From assembly GCA_963718615.1 (NCBI GenBank), contig OY970368.1:448977-512976 (forward strand): a stretch of DNA of 64,000 bases, written 5' to 3'. This document shows, piece after piece, positions 36,426-46,177 of this stretch. The translations under genes and the position numbers were made by a program. Position 1 is the stretch's first letter. Every line of letters starts with the position of its first letter. A model generated the notes under the pieces. That model was given only the letters and a program-made list of their open reading frames with translations. It did not search any database and had not been told where the DNA came from. The DNA is from an uncultured cyanobacterium (GTDB lineage: Bacteria > Cyanobacteriota > Cyanobacteriia > PCC-9006 > JAAUQQ01).

Positions 36426-37582
36426 GCCAGTAATTGGGCGACCTGTTGGGCGAGGGCCGTTTGGCTAAATTTGGCCAGGGCTTCTTGGCGCAGCCAGTCC
36501 CCTTGGCAACGCGGATCGGTTCCCTGCAAGAGTTCGAGACAGGCACTGGCAACCGCCTCCGGATCCCGGTGGGGTACCTGCCAGCCGACACGACCATCCT
36601 GAACGGGGTCCGCTGAGCCATCGTCATCCCCCGAAAGCACCGGCACACCGCAGGCCATCGCCTCCAAATAAACAATGCCGAAGCCTTCCTGGGAGGGCAT
36701 GATATAGGCATCGGCTAAGCGATAATGGTCCACCAAATCCTTCGTTGCCACAAACCCAGCAAACACCACATGGTCCGCTACGCCCAAGTCCTGGGCCAAC
36801 TGGGCCAACCGAGGCTGGTCATCACCCCGGCCAATCACCAGATATTTCACCGCAGGCTCCACGGGCAAAATCTTCGGCAAGGCCCGTATCGTTACATCAA
36901 CGCCCTTGTAAATATCGCCGGACCAGAGCCGCGCCACGGTCATGAGCACCTTGGCATCGGCTAAACCGTAGCGAGTGACTAGGGTTTCTGATTTTGGACC
37001 TGGCGTGAAGCGATCGCCATCCACCACACAGGGCAACATTTTCACCCGCTCCGTTGGAATTCCATTGGCGGCACAGAGGCGATCGCGACTATACCGACTA
37101 ATCGTCCAAATATCCTCCGCCTCCCGCAGTCCCCGCTGCATCCCAGGGCTGACCGGCTGCCAGACTTCTTTGCCGTAGGTGACAACGGTGTAGGGCAAGT
37201 TGAGTAACTGACACAGAGGCCGAATCAGTGGAGTCAGAAAGACGTGACCGCAAATTAGCCGCCGGGGGCGATCGCGCACCAAGCTCGAAAATAGCTCCGC
37301 CGCCAGCCGCAGTCGTCCAATCTGGGCGGTCGGAGATTTGCAGTAGTGGAATTCTAGGCGCGGATGGCCTTCGAAGGGATTGGGGGCGGTGGCGGAACTG
37401 GGGCGATCGCGCAACAAAAAGATATCAGCGGTGTGGGCTTCGTCCCCCTCCAGGTAGGCATTCAGCACATCCTTGATATAGGACTGAATCCCGCCCTCCT
37501 GGGAAAAGATTTCCAGAAAGACGAAGGTGTGGTGCTTGAGCGCGGCTGTTTCTAGCACTGTTTCTCCCACTGCGGTTCCCAT
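36422..37582 (-). CDS. Glycosyltransferase family 4 (group 1)
   Basis: ORF 36422..37669, with the likely ATG giving MGTAVGETV. The C-terminal GT-B motifs are VIGRGDDQPRL.., IMPSQEGFGIVYLEAMACGVPVL. There is a 4-bp overlap with the convergent lptC-like stop. Confidence 0.8.
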   Translation of the reverse strand: MGTAVGETVLETAALKHHTFVFLEIFSQEGGIQSYIKDVLNAYLEGDEAHTADIFLLRDRPSSATAPNPFEGHPRLEFHYCKSPTAQIGRLRLAAELFSSLVRDRPRRLICGHVFLTPLIRPLCQLLNLPYTVVTYGKEVWQPVSPGMQRGLREAEDIWTISRYSRDRLCAANGIPTERVKMLPCVVDGDRFTPGPKSETLVTRYGLADAKVLMTVARLWSGDIYKGVDVTIRALPKILPVEPAVKYLVIGRGDDQPRLAQLAQDLGVADHVVFAGFVATKDLVDHYRLADAYIMPSQEGFGIVYLEAMACGVPVLSGDDDGSADPVQDGRVGWQVPHRDPEAVASACLELLQGTDPRCQGDWLRQEALAKFSQTALAQQVAQLLA

Positions 37583-37760
37583 AAATTTCACTCTCTGCCG
37601 TAACCTGTCTCGATTCAAAGGCTGGAATAAACAGGCACAATGACCCGTGGTGAGATGCTGCTCATGCATTTAGGGTGCCCAGGCAGAGAGGCGTTGGCAA
37701 CGGCAGGGTGGGCTTTGCTGCGGGAAAACAGTCAGGGAAACGGCTAGGGAAATGGGTATG

Positions 37761-37791
37761 AAAAAGGGCTGGGTGCGATCGCACCCAGCCC
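37761..37791 (-). terminator. Intrinsic terminator of petBD
   Basis: A perfect 26-nt palindrome, gggctgggtGCGATCGCacccagccc (37766-37791), lies 46 nt after the petD stop. On the minus strand it is followed by TTTTT. The hairpin apex is a HIP1 site. Confidence 0.6.
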
Positions 37792-37836
37792 TCTTCTTAA
37801 ATTGCATTCTAATTGCAAATTTGGTCTTGACAGCCC

Positions 37837-38319
37837 CTAGAACAAACCCAGGGTCAAAGACTGGTCAATGGGGAACGTCGCCCCCGCACCCAACCACAGC
37901 GTCACAACCGTTCCAAAAAGGAACATCGCAGTCGCCACCGGGCGGCGGAAGGGATTTTGAAACTTGTTGACCCCTTCAATGAAGGGAATCGCCATCAAGC
38001 CCAGGGGAATCGCACTCTGGAGCATAATACCCAGTAGTTTATTGGGCACCACGCGCAGAATTTGAAACGCCGGATACAGATACCACTCGGGCAAAATTTC
38101 CAGGGGCGTTGCAAAGGGATCAGCGGGTTCGCCAATCAGGGCTGGGTCTAGCACCGCCAAACCAACCACACAGGCGATCGTCCCAGCGATGACCACCGGG
38201 AAGATATAGAGCAAATCATTGGGCCAAGCGGGTTCACCATAGTAGTTGTGACCCATGCCCTTGGCCAACTTGGCGCGGAGAATCGGATCGGTCAGATCCG
38301 GCTTCTTAATAATGGACAT
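37837..38319 (-). CDS. petD: Cytochrome b6-f complex subunit IV
   Basis: [43 protein letters not shown]...[13 protein letters not shown] is a full-length, canonical PetD. Confidence 0.97.
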   Translation of the reverse strand: MSIIKKPDLTDPILRAKLAKGMGHNYYGEPAWPNDLLYIFPVVIAGTIACVVGLAVLDPALIGEPADPFATPLEILPEWYLYPAFQILRVVPNKLLGIMLQSAIPLGLMAIPFIEGVNKFQNPFRRPVATAMFLFGTVVTLWLGAGATFPIDQSLTLGLF

Positions 38320-38373
38320 GATGGGAGGATCTCCTTCGAGAACAGAAATTTACCCATCCCTCATCGGGATGGC

Positions 38374-39021
38374 TTACAGGGGACCCGAAATACCTTGCTT
38401 CCGGATCATCAGGAAGTGCATCAGCATGAACACCGCCAACAGCCAAGGCAAAACAAAAGTGTGCAAGCTGTAAAAGCGAGTCAACGTCGGTTGACCCACA
38501 CTTTGGCCACCGCGCAGCAATTCAACCATCAGGCTGCCCACCACCGGAATCGCCTCAGGCACACCCGACACAATCTTGACCGCCCAGTAACCGACTTGGT
38601 CCCAGGGCAAAGAATAGCCAGTCACACCAAAGGTCACCGTGATGACCGCCATGATCACACCCGTCACCCAAGTCAACTCGCGGGGGCGCTTGAAACCACC
38701 GGTCAGGTAAACCCGGAAAACATGGAGGATCATCATCAGCACCATCATGCTGGCAGACCAGCGGTGGATGGAACGAATCAACCAGCCAAAGTTGACCTCG
38801 TTCATCAGGTACTGAATCGAGCTGAATGCCTCAGTAACCGTGGGTTTGTAATAGAACGTCATTGCAAATCCAGTGGCAAACTGGATGATGAAGCAAGTGA
38901 GCGTGATTCCACCAAGGCAATAAAAAATATTTACGTGGGGAGGAACGTACTTACTGGTGATGTCTTCGCTAATCGCTTGAATCTCCAGGCGTTCCTCGAA
39001 CCAGTCGTAGACCTTCGCCAT
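38374..39021 (-). CDS. petB: Cytochrome b6
   Basis: [44 protein letters not shown]...[14 protein letters not shown] is a canonical PetB. Confidence 0.97.
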   Translation of the reverse strand: MAKVYDWFEERLEIQAISEDITSKYVPPHVNIFYCLGGITLTCFIIQFATGFAMTFYYKPTVTEAFSSIQYLMNEVNFGWLIRSIHRWSASMMVLMMILHVFRVYLTGGFKRPRELTWVTGVIMAVITVTFGVTGYSLPWDQVGYWAVKIVSGVPEAIPVVGSLMVELLRGGQSVGQPTLTRFYSLHTFVLPWLLAVFMLMHFLMIRKQGISGPL

Positions 39022-39224
39022 GAGACCGAGTTCCTAAAAATGCATGTTTGTCCATACAAAATGTAACATGGCAGGAAGGGCCTAGGGGGCCGGAGTGACG
39101 GGAAATTCGGGAATTGTTAGGGTGGCCTGAGGGGGAGAAAAATGGGAAGCATCACTGAATTCTGAGAAAGAATCGAAGAAATGGGCCGCAGCCGAAGGTA
39201 AAAACTGCCGCTACAATCTGTTAC

Positions 39225-40487
39225 ATGATGAAACTTGCGCTCAGAATTACTCTGGTTCTGCTGCTTCAGCTTGCGGTTTTCTCGGGCTGGATGCCTTCGG
39301 CCCAAGCGCTGACGGAAGAACAGCAGCTATATAACGAAGCTTGGCGTATTGTCAGCCGAGCCTATGTGGATGAGTCTTTTAACGGACAAAACTGGTGGCT
39401 GCTGCGCCAAAAGACGTTGCGCAAGGGATTGTCGGATCGAGAACAAACCTACGGGGCGATTCAGTCTTCCTTGGCAATGCTGGAGGATCCCTTTACCCGG
39501 CTTCTTCGTCCCGACCAGTATCACAATCTTCAGGTGACGACGTCCGGTGAATTAACGGGGGTTGGGCTTCAGATTGCTAAGGAGTCGGACACCGGGATGC
39601 TATTGGTGATTGCCCCGGTGGAAGGCTCTCCCGCAGAAGCCGCAGGCATTCGACCCAAGGACCAGATCCTGTCGATTAATGGGGTGCCGACCAACGACAT
39701 GGACCTCGACGATGCGGCCTCTCGCATGCGTGGGGCTGTGGGTTCACCGGTGACGCTGACGATTCAGCGGGCGAAAGCAGATCCAACAGATGTGGTGGTG
39801 GTCCGACAGCGGATTTCGCTCAACCCCGTGGTGGCGGCACTGAAGCAAGACCCGTTGCCCATTGGGTATTTGCGGCTGAGTCAGTTTAATGCCAATGCGG
39901 TGGAGGATTTGACCAAGGCGTTGAAAAAGCTCGATCGCCAGGGAGCCCAAGCCTATATCCTCGACCTGCGCAATAACCCTGGTGGTTTGCTCCAAGCGGG
40001 AGTTGCCATTTCGCGGCTGTGGATCAATGACGGACCAATTGTTTATACGGTCGATCGCCGAGGGATTTTGGATAGCTTCTGGGCCGATGGCTCGGCGGTG
40101 ACCCAAGCGCCGTTGGTGGTTTTGGTGAATGAAGGGACCGCCAGCGCTAGCGAGATTTTGGCTGGAGCCTTGCAGGACACAGGACGGGCTCAGCTCGTGG
40201 GTCAGCGTACGTTTGGCAAGGGGCTGATTCAGTCGCTGTTTGAGCTCTCCGATGGCGCGGGGCTGGCGGTGACGGTGGCCAAGTATGAGACACCCAACCA
40301 TCGGGATATTAATAAGCTGGGGATTGAGCCGGATCTGGCGGTGGAAACGGAGGGATTGACGCGGGAGGCGATCGCCACCTCCGCCGACCCCCAATACCAA
40401 GCCGCAGTCGAGCTCCTCACCCAGCAAGTCGGCACCGCCCTGGTGACCCAGCCGGCCCCCCAGCCGGTTCTTGCAGATGCGGCCTGA
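39225..40487 (+). CDS. Carboxyl-terminal processing protease (S41 family, Ctp)
   Basis: A signal peptide and a PDZ segment (GVGLQIAKESDTGMLLVIAPVEGSPAEAAGIRPKDQILSING) are followed by the catalytic region (LVNEGTASASEILAGAL..TFGKGLIQ). Confidence 0.9.
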   Translation: MMKLALRITLVLLLQLAVFSGWMPSAQALTEEQQLYNEAWRIVSRAYVDESFNGQNWWLLRQKTLRKGLSDREQTYGAIQSSLAMLEDPFTRLLRPDQYHNLQVTTSGELTGVGLQIAKESDTGMLLVIAPVEGSPAEAAGIRPKDQILSINGVPTNDMDLDDAASRMRGAVGSPVTLTIQRAKADPTDVVVVRQRISLNPVVAALKQDPLPIGYLRLSQFNANAVEDLTKALKKLDRQGAQAYILDLRNNPGGLLQAGVAISRLWINDGPIVYTVDRRGILDSFWADGSAVTQAPLVVLVNEGTASASEILAGALQDTGRAQLVGQRTFGKGLIQSLFELSDGAGLAVTVAKYETPNHRDINKLGIEPDLAVETEGLTREAIATSADPQYQAAVELLTQQVGTALVTQPAPQPVLADAA

Positions 40488-41784
40488 CGGCACCCGCGTT
40501 TACCACGACCCCCTCCACGGGGGAATTTCGTTGAGTGCCAAGGATCCATCCGAACGTTTATTAATTGAACTGGTAGATACGCCGGAGTTTCAGCGGCTGC
40601 GGCGAATTCGTCAATTGGGTCCGGCGAGCCTGACCTTCCATGGGGCCGAGGCTTCAAGGTTTACCCATTCTCTAGGCGTGATGGCCGTGGCCCGTCGTGC
40701 CTTTGATCTGTTGGCCACCCACTATGGGGAACTGTTGCCCCACCGAACGACGGTGCTCTGTGCGGCGCTACTCCACGACATTGGCCATGGTCCCTTTAGC
40801 CACACGGCGGAGGATATTTTTGGCGGACATCACGAGGCTTGGACGGCGCGGATTTTGCTGGAATCGCCCGTGATCAATCCGCTGTTGCGGACGATGGACC
40901 CGGATTTGCCGGAGATTATCATCGCCACGTACCGGAAACAGCATCCGCTGCCCTTGGTGAGCCAGTTGATTTCGAGTCAGTTGGATTGCGATCGCCTCGA
41001 CTATCTCATGCGGGACAGCTACTACACGGGGGCATCCTACGGTCAGTTGGATCTCGATCGCATTCTCAGTGCCCTACGCTATGACCCCCAGCGGCGGGAG
41101 GTGGTGGTGGCGGCGAAGGGGCAGGCGTCGATTGAGCATTATTTGATTGTGCGATCGCTCATGTACGACCAGATCTATAATCACCCCAAAAATATCGCGG
41201 TGGTTTGGGGCCTAAAACAGGCGTTTCGTCGTGCTAAGGAGATTGCGGAAACCCAGGGTGTGGAAGCGCTAGGAGCGGATGAGACGCTGACGGCTTGGTT
41301 GCAGAGTGCAGCGATGAGCAATTTGCCGCTGGCGGATTATTTGGCGGCGGATGATCATGTGTTTCATTATCATTTGCAGCGTTGGCAGCGGCATTCGGAC
41401 GCGATTTTGGCGGATCTCTGTCGGCGCTATGTGGATCGGGATTTGTTTAAGGTGAAGGAAATTTCTGAGCTGGAGAAGCCTGCACAACAGGTGCTGCTGC
41501 AAGCCATTCGGGGGCAGATCGACCGATCTCCAGGCCAGTTGAGGGACAATCAAGGCAGCTATTATGCCGGACTAGAGGTGGCATTTAGTCGGGGGTATCA
41601 ACCCTATCGCCAGGGAATTCGGGTAGAGACGCCGGCGGGTAATCGGGAAATTGGGGAGCTGTCGCCGCTGATTCGGGCGTTGGTGCAGATTCGGCAGAAG
41701 ACTTGGCTGGTTTATCCCCGTGAGTTTGGCAGGGATATCTGCCTCCAAGCCGAGACACCGGGTATTTTGGAAACCCCGGTCTGA
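40477..41784 (+). CDS. HD-domain phosphohydrolase (COG1078-like)
   Basis: YHDPLHGGISL..EFQRLRRIRQLG..RFTHSLGV..LLHDIGHGPFSH..DCDRLDYLMRDSYYTG. The start overlaps the ctp stop. Confidence 0.8.
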   Translation: MRPDGTRVYHDPLHGGISLSAKDPSERLLIELVDTPEFQRLRRIRQLGPASLTFHGAEASRFTHSLGVMAVARRAFDLLATHYGELLPHRTTVLCAALLHDIGHGPFSHTAEDIFGGHHEAWTARILLESPVINPLLRTMDPDLPEIIIATYRKQHPLPLVSQLISSQLDCDRLDYLMRDSYYTGASYGQLDLDRILSALRYDPQRREVVVAAKGQASIEHYLIVRSLMYDQIYNHPKNIAVVWGLKQAFRRAKEIAETQGVEALGADETLTAWLQSAAMSNLPLADYLAADDHVFHYHLQRWQRHSDAILADLCRRYVDRDLFKVKEISELEKPAQQVLLQAIRGQIDRSPGQLRDNQGSYYAGLEVAFSRGYQPYRQGIRVETPAGNREIGELSPLIRALVQIRQKTWLVYPREFGRDICLQAETPGILETPV

Positions 41785-41836
41785 GATCCCGCAAAGATCT
41801 TGCACCGAGATTCATGCCGTAAGCCAACCGATCCAG

Positions 41837-42772
41837 TCATCCCTTGCCCAAACTCCGCTCCGCCAGCCAATCCACCCAATCCTGCACCGTTTCAAACGCC
41901 AACAGCCCCTCACTTAACGCCTCCAATTCATCGCCAGAAAGCTGAGCAATCTGTGCCTCGATCGCCGGGGGAATCTCCCCAAACTTGCGGCTAAACTGAC
42001 GCAGGAGGAGCGATCGCTGCCCCCGCAAAATTCCCTCCTGCAATCCTTCTTCCCGAGAAGTCTCTACCACATTGTTCAAGTCGCGATAATACTTCAGGCT
42101 ATTTTGATAGGTATCCTGCTCCTCAGGGGTAAAATTTGCAATTTCTGCCACTTCAAATAACTCATTAAAAATCTCCTCTTGTAGCAGTTGAGGCGGATCA
42201 CTCAAATTTGCCAGATTCTTTAATAAAAACATCCATCGATCAAAGTGGGAGCTAAGCTGGTCAAGGGTTTTCTGAAATTTCGGCAATTCAATGTAGATAA
42301 ACTTGAGCTTGTCATAGAAAACTTTGCACTGCTGATCCTTCAACTCAACCCAATGTACGATCTCAGCAGAGTCCCTATCTTCATCAAACACAAAATCTAA
42401 AATTCCAACGGCATAAACAGGGGCTAGTTTATAGTTCCAATCGCCTTTTAAGGCTTGCTCTTGAATGGGAAACGTCGCGTAGTAAACACTTCGATCCTTG
42501 AAGAAATTCTGCTTTGCCTTTTGAATCTCAACGATAAATCGCTCTCCATTCATTCCTTGACAATAGATATCAAAAATTGCCTTGCGATCGATTGGCGTAT
42601 TTCCCAGATTCTCATTGTTTTTGAATGTCACATCCTCAATCTGGCGATTCTGAGGCAATAGGGTATTCAAAAAATCAATCAGCAACCGCTTATGGGGCTC
42701 CGTGCCAAACACCCGCTTGAAGCCAAAATCGGTCAGTAAGTTGATGTACTTGTCTTGTAGCGGATAAGCCAT
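41837..42772 (-). CDS. Rpn-family recombination-promoting nuclease / PD-(D/E)xK putative transposase
   Basis: MAYPLQDKYINLLTDFGFKRVFGTEPHKRLLIDFLNTLLP..IFDIYCQGMNGERFIVEIQK.. plus a C-terminal DUF4351-like tail (LLRQFSRKFGEIPPAIEAQIAQLSGDELEAL). Confidence 0.8.
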   Translation of the reverse strand: MAYPLQDKYINLLTDFGFKRVFGTEPHKRLLIDFLNTLLPQNRQIEDVTFKNNENLGNTPIDRKAIFDIYCQGMNGERFIVEIQKAKQNFFKDRSVYYATFPIQEQALKGDWNYKLAPVYAVGILDFVFDEDRDSAEIVHWVELKDQQCKVFYDKLKFIYIELPKFQKTLDQLSSHFDRWMFLLKNLANLSDPPQLLQEEIFNELFEVAEIANFTPEEQDTYQNSLKYYRDLNNVVETSREEGLQEGILRGQRSLLLRQFSRKFGEIPPAIEAQIAQLSGDELEALSEGLLAFETVQDWVDWLAERSLGKG

Positions 42773-42883
42773 CACCAGAGTGCCTGCCAAAATCACGTCT
42801 CAGCCCACTCTATTTTAGCGACAAGCCCCTTCCATCCTGAAGTGGATGTGAGATCTCACCCCATAGACAAACGTTGTTTGTCT

Positions 42884-44179
42884 CTACAAGGAAATCTCCG
42901 CCAAATCTTCGTTGAGCACGTCAAAGGTTTTCCGCGACTCAGAAGGCTCCACCCGCGTATTAGCCTCGACTGCGGACGCTCGATCTGCCAACACATCCTG
43001 CGGACGCTGTTCTGAGATGTGAATCTGCACCAAATCCTGAAACGCCTCCACAGACCGCAGCCGCTTGAAATCCGCATCCACCCGCGCAATCTCCCGGTAG
43101 ATCTCCGGCTGCGCGTCAATGACTTGCTTCAAATCATCCAGGGCTTCTGCAAACTCCCCGATCAGCGCATGACAACTGGCCCGATTGTAAAGACAGTCCC
43201 AGTGGTCTGGCTGCTGCTGGAGCGCCCAATCATAACTCTCGATCGCCTTACGATATTTCCCAATTTGAGCCAAGGCCACACCGCGATAGTAGGCCGCACT
43301 GGCCAAATCTGGCTTGAGCAACAAGGCTTCTTCGTAGCTGGCGATCGCATCCCGATAGCGATTCAAATTCCCCAGGGCATTCCCGCGATTTTCCCAGACT
43401 TCCGGATAGTTGGGCTGTAGCGTCAGCACCCGGTCATAGCTGACCAGCGCCGACTCATAGCGCTCCAAGTTATAGAGCACATTGGCTCGACCATTCCAGG
43501 CTTCCAGACTGCTAGGGCGCAGCAAAATCGCCTGTTCGTAGCTATCCAGCGCTTCTTCGTTGCGGCCCAACGCAAACAGCAAATAGGCGCGGTTGCGCCA
43601 GGATGGGTAGTAGGTGGCATCCTTGGCGATCGCCCGTTCAAAATCCTGTAGTGCCGTCTCCCATTTGCCCATCTGCCCCAGGAGAAAGCCACGGTTATTC
43701 AGGGCTTTAGCAAAATCCGGCTGCAAACTCAAGGCTTGGTCATAGTTCGCCAGGGATTCCTCCAGCCGATCCAGCTTGCGCAGGACCACCCCACGACCAT
43801 TCCAGGTTTCTGCCGATTGGGGCGCAAGGGCCGACGCATATTCCCAGTTTTGCAATGCTTCTTCATAATGGCCCATGCGATCGAGCACTTCCGCTCGCTG
43901 AATCCAAGCATCCGCACATTCCGCATTCAGCGTCAGACAACAGTTATAGCTCGCCAAGGCTTCATCGTACTGGCGCAACCGCATCAACAGAATGCCTCGC
44001 TGAATCCAAGCTTCCAGATTCTTCGGATTCATCGCCACCTGCCGATCCCACTCCAGCAGGCGCTCCCGCAGTAGCTCCGCACGCCGTTCCGCATGGTTGG
44101 GAGTTACTCGGATCTTGTCGATGTCAATCTTTTCCTGCGCTTCAGAAATTTCAGCGCGAGGCACACCAGGCCGAATCAT
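42884..44179 (-). CDS. TPR-repeat protein
   Basis: About 10 consecutive 34-aa TPR units (..AWIQRGILLMRLRQYDEALASYNCCLTLNAECADAW.. etc.). ATG at 44179; the longest ORF starts at TTG 44209. Confidence 0.8.
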   Translation of the reverse strand: MIRPGVPRAEISEAQEKIDIDKIRVTPNHAERRAELLRERLLEWDRQVAMNPKNLEAWIQRGILLMRLRQYDEALASYNCCLTLNAECADAWIQRAEVLDRMGHYEEALQNWEYASALAPQSAETWNGRGVVLRKLDRLEESLANYDQALSLQPDFAKALNNRGFLLGQMGKWETALQDFERAIAKDATYYPSWRNRAYLLFALGRNEEALDSYEQAILLRPSSLEAWNGRANVLYNLERYESALVSYDRVLTLQPNYPEVWENRGNALGNLNRYRDAIASYEEALLLKPDLASAAYYRGVALAQIGKYRKAIESYDWALQQQPDHWDCLYNRASCHALIGEFAEALDDLKQVIDAQPEIYREIARVDADFKRLRSVEAFQDLVQIHISEQRPQDVLADRASAVEANTRVEPSESRKTFDVLNEDLAEISL

Positions 44180-44439
44180 AACGTCAGAATCCGTCGGGAT
44201 GGAAAGCAAGCAAACTGGGGAATGAGCCCTGTGATGATTGCCCTGTGATGATTATTTAAAAAGGTTGTTCACCCTATCGTTCGCTGTCAAGTTTATGCAC
44301 CCGATAGGTACCTTACCGCATTTCTCCGGGAAAGCGGGAGATTACTGAGATATCAAATGGGAATTGGGGTGGCTTCCGAGAGATTACGGGAATTGATATT
44401 GATTAAGAAGGTTGCACTGCGGCGATCGCTCAACGATAC

Positions 44440-45240
44440 CTATCGACTGATAATCCCAGACCACTGCACCTGCTTTTTCTGGGTGCGGCGATAGGAAAAG
44501 AAATAGTCCGGTGTTTGAAACGTGCAGTGGGGGGCGATCGCCACCTGTTCCGCCGCCAACCCCAACCGGGCCAATTGCAGCCCATTCACCCGACGGACAT
44601 CGAGCTTGACCTTACCGGGTTCTGGATCCGACAAAATGGGCGATTGGGGTAAGGCTTGTAAGGCTTCCAGAATCTGCTCGTCTTCCTGCTGATCAGCTCC
44701 GTCAATGAGGCTGCGGCCCGTTTGCACGGCTACGGCTACAGCCACTTGATAGACTTCCCCTGCGATCGCCGGCCCCAAAGCCACCCGCAAATCACCAATC
44801 TGACTCCCTTGGGACTGGAGCTGAGCGATCGCCACCGGCACAATTTTCGCCGCCGTCCCCCGCCAGCCCGCATGGACCGCCGCCACCTGCCCCGTGCTAG
44901 CATCCGCAATTAAGGCTGGCGTACAATCCGCGCTACAGACCCAAACCGATTGCTGGGCCTGGGTTGAAACCAATCCATCCGCTGGATCAAATTCCGCCTC
45001 TTCTTCCTCGTCCACAGCAATCGGGACCACATCCGCCGTGCACAACACCTGGTTCCCATGGACCTGCTTGACTCGATACACTGGCACCTCAGGGTTTAGA
45101 GCTGCGACCAAACGACCGGGGCGATCGGGCGACCATTGCTGGGTGAAAAAACCGTGCTGCCAATCGTTTAATAATTCACAGGTCAAAAACGGACGACCTT
45201 CGTAAACTTGCCAATGCCATTGCTCCATCTCCAAACTCAT
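44440..45240 (-). CDS. pgeF: Peptidoglycan editing factor PgeF (YfiH / laccase-domain protein)
   Basis: VKQVHGNQVL..SADCTPALI..HAGWRGT..CTFQTPDYFFSYRR. Confidence 0.85.
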   Translation of the reverse strand: MSLEMEQWHWQVYEGRPFLTCELLNDWQHGFFTQQWSPDRPGRLVAALNPEVPVYRVKQVHGNQVLCTADVVPIAVDEEEEAEFDPADGLVSTQAQQSVWVCSADCTPALIADASTGQVAAVHAGWRGTAAKIVPVAIAQLQSQGSQIGDLRVALGPAIAGEVYQVAVAVAVQTGRSLIDGADQQEDEQILEALQALPQSPILSDPEPGKVKLDVRRVNGLQLARLGLAAEQVAIAPHCTFQTPDYFFSYRRTQKKQVQWSGIISR

Positions 45241-45263
45241 TATTTAGCTCCTTTGATTCCCCA

Positions 45264-46118
45264 ATGGTGCAGTTTAGGACAGAACAACTAGAAGCGGAAC
45301 TGAAGTGGCTGTGGCCGGAGGGAATGCCCTTTGGGCCGACGCTGCATGTTTATGAAGAACTGGGGTCTACGAGCGATCGCCTCAACAACTTGCTGAAAAC
45401 CGGAGCACCCGCCGGAACCACCGTCCTCGCCCAAACCCAAACCCAGGGCAGAGGGCAACAGGGTCGCACCTGGGTGTCTGCGTCGGGAGGACTGTACCTC
45501 TCCATGGCCCTCGCCTGCCGCTGTCCCGCCCAAGAAGCGGCTCGCCTCACCCTCGGCAACGCCTGGGGAGTTGCAACCGCCTTGCGAGAGCAGGCCATTC
45601 CCGTTGCGCTAAAATGGCCCAACGATATTTTGCTGGAGCGTCGCAAGCTGGGTGGAATCCTGACGGAGAGCCGATTGCGGGGGGGAGAAATTTATCAGGC
45701 CGTCGTTGGGGTTGGACTGAATTGGGCCAATGATGTTCCCGAGCCTGGAATTATTCTTCAACCTTTCCTGGCGAAGACCCAAAACCTGCGAATAACGTCC
45801 CTGGAAACTCTGGCAGCGGTCGTTCTGCGCGGTTTAGCACTGGGTTACCAAAAATGGCAAGCAAGGGACGTACCTTTATCAAATCTCCTGGAAGACTATG
45901 AAAAGTTCGTCAATCTTCAGGGTCGGCCTGTTGAAGTTTGTAATCAGTGGGGAAAGATTATTGGGATATCCTCTGTGGGAGAAATAAAAGTTCAGTTCGA
46001 TGGACCTGTTGCAGATTTACCTTCCACGGTTGTCAATGGGGCTAAACCATGCGCTGGGCAGAACCTTCGACCCATTCTGAGATTTCCCCCCGGCTCAATT
46101 AACTTGGGTTACGATTAA
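45264..46118 (+). CDS. birA: Biotin--[acetyl-CoA-carboxylase] ligase
   Basis: QTQGRGQQGRTWVSASGGLYLSMAL..KWPNDILLERRKLGGILTE. Confidence 0.85.
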   Translation: MVQFRTEQLEAELKWLWPEGMPFGPTLHVYEELGSTSDRLNNLLKTGAPAGTTVLAQTQTQGRGQQGRTWVSASGGLYLSMALACRCPAQEAARLTLGNAWGVATALREQAIPVALKWPNDILLERRKLGGILTESRLRGGEIYQAVVGVGLNWANDVPEPGIILQPFLAKTQNLRITSLETLAAVVLRGLALGYQKWQARDVPLSNLLEDYEKFVNLQGRPVEVCNQWGKIIGISSVGEIKVQFDGPVADLPSTVVNGAKPCAGQNLRPILRFPPGSINLGYD

Positions 46119-46177
46119 AACGGCCTAGCCAGACTTCATCAAACGTAAACATTAAAACGTAAGTGATATAGCGAGTA

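Noticed and set aside
38248-39066. 272-aa plus-strand ORF
   Set aside because: It is antisense to petB, whose identity is unambiguous. Its product is a His/Gln/Arg-rich artefact.
39744-40493. 249-aa minus-strand ORF
   Set aside because: It is antisense to the well-supported C-terminal processing protease gene.
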